From Planctomycetota bacterium (lineage in GTDB: Bacteria > Planctomycetota > UBA1135), in assembly GCA_045047305.1 (NCBI GenBank), contig JASFYO010000002.1, positions 64,001 through 128,000 of the forward strand: a DNA stretch of 64,000 nt, read 5' to 3'. The position numbers were made by a program, and so were the translations under genes. Positions within the stretch are counted from its first letter, which is position 1; each line of letters starts with the position of its first letter. This document shows, piece after piece, positions 58,901-64,000 of the stretch. The notes under the pieces are model-generated. The model was not told the origin of the DNA, did no database searches, and saw only the letters and a list, made by a program, of their open reading frames with translations.

Positions 58901-59603
58901 CCATATCCGTGGGCGTCGGGCTGCCGTGCTTTCCGCTTCGCTTGCAGGATTCGACTTGGGGGATACCAGCGCTGTGGTTGCGGAACGCCTCAGCCACATC
59001 CCCCTCCCACCTGATGTAGTGATTAACCTTGGCGGCCAAACCGATGAAATGGCCGACGCACTCAATTCCTTGATGTTCGCACTAGGATTGGCGATTTTCT
59101 TGGTTTATGCGGTAATGGCAGCACAGTTTGAATCCCTACTGCAACCATTCCTCATTCTGTTCTCAGTCCCTCTCGCTGGCGTTGGTGCTATCACCGTGAT
59201 GCGCTTTACCGATACCCCGATTTCTGTGGTCGCGCTACTCGGTGCGGTCATCCTTGCAGGCATTGTGGTCAACAACGCTATTGTGCTTGTCGATCGAATT
59301 AACCGCAACCGCCTGAGAGGCATGAGCGTGAATGAAGCCATCATTGAAGGCGGCCAAGCACGCTTGCGGCCCATCTTGATGACCACCACCACCACCGTTC
59401 TCGGCATGCTACCCATGACTGGTTGGATTTCATTCCTTGGCGGTCAACAAGGCGCCGAGCTACGCACTCCGATGGCATTGGTGGTCATTGCTGGACTAAT
59501 TAGTTCCACCGTGCTCACACTACTTGTGATTCCCACTGGTTATCGCCTGCTGACAGCACTGGAAAGAGGCGACCGCTACTCCAAGGAGAAGGCAACTGTC
59601 TGA
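55974..59603 (+). CDS. RND efflux permease (AcrB/AcrD/AcrF family) with extra membrane segments
   Basis: RRPV, LPVDLLP.I.YP, GMLVDNAIVV, QFES, VVNNAIVL, RLRPILMTT. Confidence 0.93.
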   Translation: MNKQESQSGGFGGLFALGVRRPVGMGMIVAAAVVFGIISLGKLPVDLLPPINYPSLTVRTTYSGAAPEDVEERVTERLEDVLSTVGHLVHISSSSRAEVSEILMEFEWGANLPFLVQDVRERLDRVFLPNGVEKPLILRYDPSLDPVLRIALSGGTDLVRLRGIAESEVERQLEGLPGVAAVRVKGGLEDEVHVLFDPQKLARFGLSGEDIRQRLIDENLNVPGGKLEEGSVEYVVRTLNQFRTLDEIRDLPILTVEQTTVKLRDIATISRGSKDRDVVQRVAGAEAVEIAVYREAGANIVSVAQEVRAKLFGKVVDTSRPPPKDDFESDSADDLAPERPDYIAAKLPSDVKLTLLSDQSTFVADAISEVNRAAMFGGIFAVLVCYFFLRRFGTTFIIGLAVPISIVATFGAMYSSGVSMNIMSLGGLALGIGMLVDNAIVVLESITRCREEGDSPSDAAIRGVAEVGSAVTASTLTTIAVFAPIIFVEGIAGQTFGDQALTVVASLLISLAVALFFIPGLAARIQLTDQDKQEGGVGGIIGRMSAQLLPHIRSGKLFQGLLQTKRVRFLVGSAVCGVAAAVLVLVVLPPMDDEWVKQGMKLKGDWNPVPKDVRQSMALLKFIGILLFLPFLWIWGQPAIAFLSRLLFDVLGLGLFVVKALLGAVLFAVKIALWPPSFLLNLIFTLSEKTYPLVLRGALRAPAIVLFIAMGLAALSFRGASDMGRELLPEVMQGEFTAELYFPAGTPLLETDLLARKMEQKIRNLDGVLETAITSGADRETVSTEETGPHTARISIRLDPKVADPHALERSAEAQIRGLMEREPALARFSLRRPTLLALNAPLEIEIIGDNLDTLAEVSKRTQAALQDIPGLVDIRSSLRRGNPEIRITPDRVMLARHGLTAAQISSRLRLAVEGETASTFPGRDERIDIRVRADMDGMKRVEQLMDLPINPDAEHPLPLSAVAHFELQDGPSDIRHIRGRRAAVLSASLAGFDLGDTSAVVAERLSHIPLPPDVVINLGGQTDEMADALNSLMFALGLAIFLVYAVMAAQFESLLQPFLILFSVPLAGVGAITVMRFTDTPISVVALLGAVILAGIVVNNAIVLVDRINRNRLRGMSVNEAIIEGGQARLRPILMTTTTTVLGMLPMTGWISFLGGQQGAELRTPMALVVIAGLISSTVLTLLVIPTGYRLLTALERGDRYSKEKATV

Positions 59604-62600
59604 ACCTCGAGATCCAGCCTTAGTGCGCTTCTTCCGCGCCTTGATCCAGCACCCGATTGGGGTGCTGATGATCTCCATTGCTCTTTTGGGCATGAGTTTC
59701 ATCGCGGCCAAGCGCATTCCACTGGAGTTGATTCCTTCTGGATTAACTGGTTCGCAGATTTCGATTAATGCTGCATGGGAAGGCGCCAACCCGATTGAAC
59801 TCGAGCAGAAGGTGCTGAAACCACTCGAGAAGGAATTGCGTTCGATTTCTAATCTAGAGGAAATCGTATCTTGGGCCTCCGATGGCAACGTTGGTTTCCA
59901 ACTTGAATTCCCTGGCGACCTCGACATGGACCTGGTTTACAGCGAAGTCGCAGACCGGGTAGAACGTGCGCGACCGGCTTTACCCAAGGAAGTCGATCGC
60001 ATTCTGATTCGCAAAAACGGTATGGATCAGATTCCGGTCATGATGGCAGGAATCCAATACAACGGATTAGATGACGATGTTGCCCAAGACCTAATTGCCA
60101 ACGTATTAGTTCCCCGCATTGAGGCCATCGACGGCGTAGCGAGCGCCAATTCCTGGGGGCTAACCCCACTTTCCGTGCGCATTTGGCTCGACGAGCAGAA
60201 GGTCTTTGCCAATCGCGTAGATATCGGATCCTTGGTAGCACGTCTACAAGGCGATAATATTTCCTCCCCAGTCGGCGATCTCGATGACGGGGGCTCCCGC
60301 GCCATCATCCGCGTTGACTCACGCTTCACAACTCTGGAGGAGATTGAAAACTTCCCAGTACGTGATGGCCTGCTAATCAAGGATATAGGCCGCGTAGTCA
60401 AAGCACGAAGTGCGCCCGAATTTCTATTCAAGTTTGATGGCGAATACAGCACTACCATCCAAATCACTAAAGAGAGTTCGGCAAACACCTTCGAATTATG
60501 TGAAGCGCTAAATAAAGAATTTATGCAGCTGCTGCCAAACGATCCGGTCCTCGGGCGTTTCACTTATCTCATCTACTTTGACCAAGGTGAGATGATTGGG
60601 CAAAGCATCATGGGCTTGGTCGACGACTCCCTTTTGGGTGGGGCCATCGCCTGCATCGTGCTGCTCTTATTCCTGCGAAGGCTTTCTTACACCTTATTAA
60701 TCACGCTTTCGATTCCCTTCGCGGTGTTGATTGCATTGAGCTACCTCTACTTCAGTGGCAAAAGTCTGAACCTCATGTCGATGATGGGAATTACAATTTC
60801 CATCGGCATGCTAGTCGATAATTCGGTGGTGATTGTCGAGAGTATCTTTAAGCGCCGTGAAAATGGTGCAAGCACCTTGGACTCCATCACCCGAGGCCCA
60901 GCAGAAGTCATGTTAGCAATCGTCACGGCAACCTTGACCACGGTTGTTGTGTTCTTGCCTCTTATGTTCTTGACTAGCGATCGCTCTCAACGCGTAATTG
61001 CTGGCGCCATTGGCATGCCTTTGATTGTCGCGCTGCTCTCAGCATTGGTTCTCTCTATCGTGATGGTGCCTGTGGCTGCGCGTTACCTTCAACACCACGG
61101 CAAGCGTGGCAAGAAGGAAGCCAAGTCCGCCGGACAAATGCCGAAATGGATGACCAAGCCTTTACTTGGCACTTTGGCATTGGCTTTACGTTTCCGTTTT
61201 GCAGCAAGTGCAGTCTGCATCGCCATCCTCATGTCAGGCGCGATCCCCACCGCCAGCCAAAGTGCAACGGGTGGCAATGAAGGTGACGACGGTCAAATTC
61301 AAATCGGATTCAACTTCACGGAAGATACTTCCCTAAACGACGCTCATGACGAAGTAAAACTGATGGAAGCAGTGCTGCTCACCAGCGACTTCAAGGAGGC
61401 CTTCCCTGATGTCGGCACCGGAATTTTGTTCGATGATGACAGTGGCCAAATTATGGTGTGGCCAAACAAACCGCTTAAGGTGCGCCAAAAAGAAGCCTTG
61501 CTGGCCTACCTCCGAGAAAGCTTGCCACAACGCTCCCGCGTAAAATACCGTTTTGAAAAGGAGTTCAGCCAAGGCAATTCCAAGGACCAGGAATGGACTC
61601 GCATTCGGATTGAAGGCCCGGAGAGCGGAGGGGTCGCTGCAATCCTAACCCAGGTGCGAGAAGCCGCGCTGCTCAGCCCTGACTTCACGGAAGTAAGTAA
61701 AGACCGCGGCAAGGTTCGTGAGATTCTGGTTAGCTTGGACCGTAACCGTATGAGCCAGCTCGGCGTGGATAGCCGTTCGGTGATTGGTAACATTGAATGG
61801 ACGATGCGTGGTTTTATGGTTTCGCGTTTTGAGACTCCAAATCAAGATTTGCCGCTCATCATCGAGTACGACACACCCACCAACCCCGATCGTTCAAGCC
61901 TCGAGGAAATGGTGGTGGCTGCGCAGGGAACCATGGTGCCGCTGTCAACCTTCGCCAACTTCACCAACTCGCGTTCCAATAGCGGAATTTTTCGCCGCAA
62001 TGGAAAGTTATCCGATTCGATTGGCTTGAAGGCCAAAGATGAAGACATCAAGGCTGCTTATGCCGCCGCCACGCGCCTAATGGACACGATTGAAATGCCG
62101 GAGGGTTATCGCTGGACCCAGGATGGAGGCTGGTCGAAAACACAACAAGATATGGGTGAACTGGGTAACGCCATGACACTTGCGATCGGTTTAGTGTTCT
62201 TACTGATGGGACTTCTTTTTAACTCGATAGTCCTTCCTATTTCAGCACTCACCACGATTGCATTTGCCATTCTAGGTGCCAACTGGGCCTTCTATATCAT
62301 GGATCAACCTGTCGGCCCGATGGAGTACATCGGCATGATTGTCTTGGCTGGCGTAGTCGTCAACAACGGCATTGTGCTTATCGATGCCATTCTGCAGTTC
62401 GAGCGTACCGGCCTCAACACCCACGATGCCATCCTCGCTGCGGTAAAGGATCGAATGCGGCCGGTGTTCATGACTGCTCTCACTACGGTCTGTGGCCTAC
62501 TCCCGATTGCGCTGTCTGAGCCTTCCGGGAATGGCATGAACTTCCAAGGCCTCGCCATCGGTATTGTCGGCGGCATCACTGTGGCGACCTTCTTCACCCT

Positions 62601-62712
62601 GACCGTGGTCCCCCTCTCCTTCTCGCTTTTGCGTGATTTGGGCTGCTTGTTCTCAAACGCTTTCCTTGGTAAACCATTACCTTGGGCGCAGGTTGAGAAA
62701 GATGTGCTATAG
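59596..62712 (+). CDS. Second RND efflux permease
   Basis: IPLELIP, GMLVDNSVV, VVNNGIVL, RMRPVFMT. Start is CTG 59596 (SD-supported) or GTG 59623. Confidence 0.9.
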   Translation: MSEPRDPALVRFFRALIQHPIGVLMISIALLGMSFIAAKRIPLELIPSGLTGSQISINAAWEGANPIELEQKVLKPLEKELRSISNLEEIVSWASDGNVGFQLEFPGDLDMDLVYSEVADRVERARPALPKEVDRILIRKNGMDQIPVMMAGIQYNGLDDDVAQDLIANVLVPRIEAIDGVASANSWGLTPLSVRIWLDEQKVFANRVDIGSLVARLQGDNISSPVGDLDDGGSRAIIRVDSRFTTLEEIENFPVRDGLLIKDIGRVVKARSAPEFLFKFDGEYSTTIQITKESSANTFELCEALNKEFMQLLPNDPVLGRFTYLIYFDQGEMIGQSIMGLVDDSLLGGAIACIVLLLFLRRLSYTLLITLSIPFAVLIALSYLYFSGKSLNLMSMMGITISIGMLVDNSVVIVESIFKRRENGASTLDSITRGPAEVMLAIVTATLTTVVVFLPLMFLTSDRSQRVIAGAIGMPLIVALLSALVLSIVMVPVAARYLQHHGKRGKKEAKSAGQMPKWMTKPLLGTLALALRFRFAASAVCIAILMSGAIPTASQSATGGNEGDDGQIQIGFNFTEDTSLNDAHDEVKLMEAVLLTSDFKEAFPDVGTGILFDDDSGQIMVWPNKPLKVRQKEALLAYLRESLPQRSRVKYRFEKEFSQGNSKDQEWTRIRIEGPESGGVAAILTQVREAALLSPDFTEVSKDRGKVREILVSLDRNRMSQLGVDSRSVIGNIEWTMRGFMVSRFETPNQDLPLIIEYDTPTNPDRSSLEEMVVAAQGTMVPLSTFANFTNSRSNSGIFRRNGKLSDSIGLKAKDEDIKAAYAAATRLMDTIEMPEGYRWTQDGGWSKTQQDMGELGNAMTLAIGLVFLLMGLLFNSIVLPISALTTIAFAILGANWAFYIMDQPVGPMEYIGMIVLAGVVVNNGIVLIDAILQFERTGLNTHDAILAAVKDRMRPVFMTALTTVCGLLPIALSEPSGNGMNFQGLAIGIVGGITVATFFTLTVVPLSFSLLRDLGCLFSNAFLGKPLPWAQVEKDVL

Positions 62713-62781
62713 GAATCAGGAAACCTAAAAGCTCCACAGACGTAACCGCTTTGATGCCGTACAATGTATGGCAACCCAGTC

Positions 62782-63300
62782 ATGGCGACGTTCCTTGAAG
62801 GCAATCCAGCGGATTCTGACGGTCGATTTGCGATCGTTGTTGCCCGCTTCAACGCAGACATCACCGAGTCTCTACTCGATGGATGCCTGCACACTCTCGC
62901 CCTACACGGCGTTGACCTCGACAACATTGATGTCGCACGTGTACCGGGTGCCTTTGAGCTACCCCTGACTTGCGACCGCCTCGCGCGCACTGGCCACTAT
63001 GGTGCCGTCATTGCGCTTGGGTGTGTCATCCGCGGCGGCACCCCACACTTTGATTATGTGTGTACTGAAACCAGTCGCGGCCTGATGGACGTAAATCTAG
63101 GCCACGGGATTCCCATCATTATGGGATTACTCACCTGCGACGACCTCGCTCAGGCACAGTTTCGCGCCGACCGGGAAATGCTGCAAAGCAGTGATCAGGT
63201 TGAGCCTGGTCGCAGCACAAAGCAAACTCCACGTTCGAATAAGGGTTCGGAATGCGCCGAAGCCGCCCTCGAGATGTCATCCCTCTTATCTCGGATCTAA
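62782..63300 (+). CDS. ribH: 6,7-dimethyl-8-ribityllumazine synthase
   Basis: IVVARFN, VPGAFELP, LGCVIRGGTPHFDYV, NKG.E.A..ALEM. TACAAT at 62760-62765 favours ATG 62782. Confidence 0.95.
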   Translation: MATFLEGNPADSDGRFAIVVARFNADITESLLDGCLHTLALHGVDLDNIDVARVPGAFELPLTCDRLARTGHYGAVIALGCVIRGGTPHFDYVCTETSRGLMDVNLGHGIPIIMGLLTCDDLAQAQFRADREMLQSSDQVEPGRSTKQTPRSNKGSECAEAALEMSSLLSRI

Positions 63301-63303
63301 ATC

Positions 63304-63915
63304 ATGGCTCCCGTTAGACGTCGTACGCGTGCGCGCGAACTTGCACTTCAATTCCTGTACATGTTGGAGCTGCGTGGCAGTGAAGCCATGGAAGAATTGG
63401 TCCCATTCGTGGATCACCATACCAAGGGTTCCCGCGACAAAAAGGGTCGTGGCGAGCTAGCTGACTTCACCCTTACATTGGCACGTGGTGTGGTAGAGAA
63501 CCGTGGCGAGCTCGATTGCTGGATTGAAGCGATTGCGCGAAACTGGCGTATCGATCGCATGGCGCACCTCGACCGCAATGTGTTGCGTTTGGCCGTCTAT
63601 GAGTTGATCTTCGAGAAGGACACGCCCTACAAGGTGATCATTAACGAAGCCATCGATATCGCCAAGCGCTTTTCGACTGCGCAGTCCGGCTCCTTTGTGA
63701 ACGGCATCCTAGATCGAGCGCGCCTAATGATTGCCGAGGCCCGGGAGACTCCTGACAGCCATCCAACGCCACCCAAGGCTAAGGCGATCAGCGACACTCC
63801 TGCCGCAGCACATAGCGCGCGGTCGCAGGCTTCTCCTTCCGAGTCCATTCCCTTCTCCTCGGTTCCGGTGCCGCGTCCGCGAAAGCGCACAGCTCCTGCC
63901 GACGACCTCTCCTAA
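63304..63915 (+). CDS. nusB: Transcription antitermination factor NusB with a C-terminal extension
   Basis: RRRTRARELALQFLY, DRNVLRLAVYEL, INEAIDIAKRF, FVNGILD. Confidence 0.95.
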   Translation: MAPVRRRTRARELALQFLYMLELRGSEAMEELVPFVDHHTKGSRDKKGRGELADFTLTLARGVVENRGELDCWIEAIARNWRIDRMAHLDRNVLRLAVYELIFEKDTPYKVIINEAIDIAKRFSTAQSGSFVNGILDRARLMIAEARETPDSHPTPPKAKAISDTPAAAHSARSQASPSESIPFSSVPVPRPRKRTAPADDLS

Positions 63916-63933
63916 GCCTCCCCCAGTCGATAC

Positions 63934-64000
63934 ATGGTTTTTGCACGGCTCAAAAAAGGACTTTCCCGCACCCGCAACCGCATTTCCAACGCCATGCGCC
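63934..64000 (+). CDS. ftsY: N-terminus of the signal recognition particle receptor FtsY (partial)
   Basis: MVFARLKKGLSRTR matches the FtsY F.RLK.GL.KTR helix; follows nusB. Confidence 0.65.
   Translation, partial: MVFARLKKGLSRTRNRISNAMR

Noticed and set aside
1..64000. tRNA, rRNA, riboswitch or CRISPR loci
   Set aside because: Intergenic gaps are under about 190 nt and none shows a cloverleaf, a known aptamer core or repeat-spacer periodicity by eye. An Infernal/Rfam scan would be needed to exclude them formally.

Overview
A gene-dense bacterial chromosome segment of moderately high GC (estimated by eye), with about 50 CDS. I saw no rRNA, tRNA, CRISPR array, integrase or transposase. The gene orders purA-uppS-cdsA-phoH-ybeY and ribH-nusB-ftsY, an FGE/SUMF1-domain protein and large secreted TPR, Ig-like and propeller proteins suggest an uncultured Planctomycetota-like organism (inference, not verified). 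Housekeeping genes: rluD-like, valS, kdsA, purA, uppS, cdsA, phoH, ybeY, rpsO-pnp, lnt, moeA, ribH, nusB and partial ftsY. Other content: a FliA/WhiG sigma factor; an orphan secretion mini-operon (mini-Skp-like protein, lipoprotein secretin, acidic GspK) followed by a secreted propeller protein; a paralogous TPR pair; trkAH coupled to an orphan adenine methyltransferase; an amino-acid catabolism cluster (Lrp/methionine gamma-lyase, ppsA, acetoacetate-CoA ligase, kbl-tdh); an atypical mreB-mreC-mreD-pbp2-rodA operon; and a two-permease RND system. The strongest candidates for new biology are (1) a self-contained two-gene unit upstream of mreB, encoding a TM/coiled-coil/beta-barrel protein and a small membrane protein with a histone-H1-like tail, beside an elongasome with an apparently duplicated MreC and an enlarged PBP2, and (2) the mini-Skp/secretin/GspK unit with a candidate sigma-28 promoter. 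Recurrent leaderless-type promoters, a probable CTG start codon and a G10 tract in moeA are also visible. All assignments come from motif recognition by eye; no searches were run.
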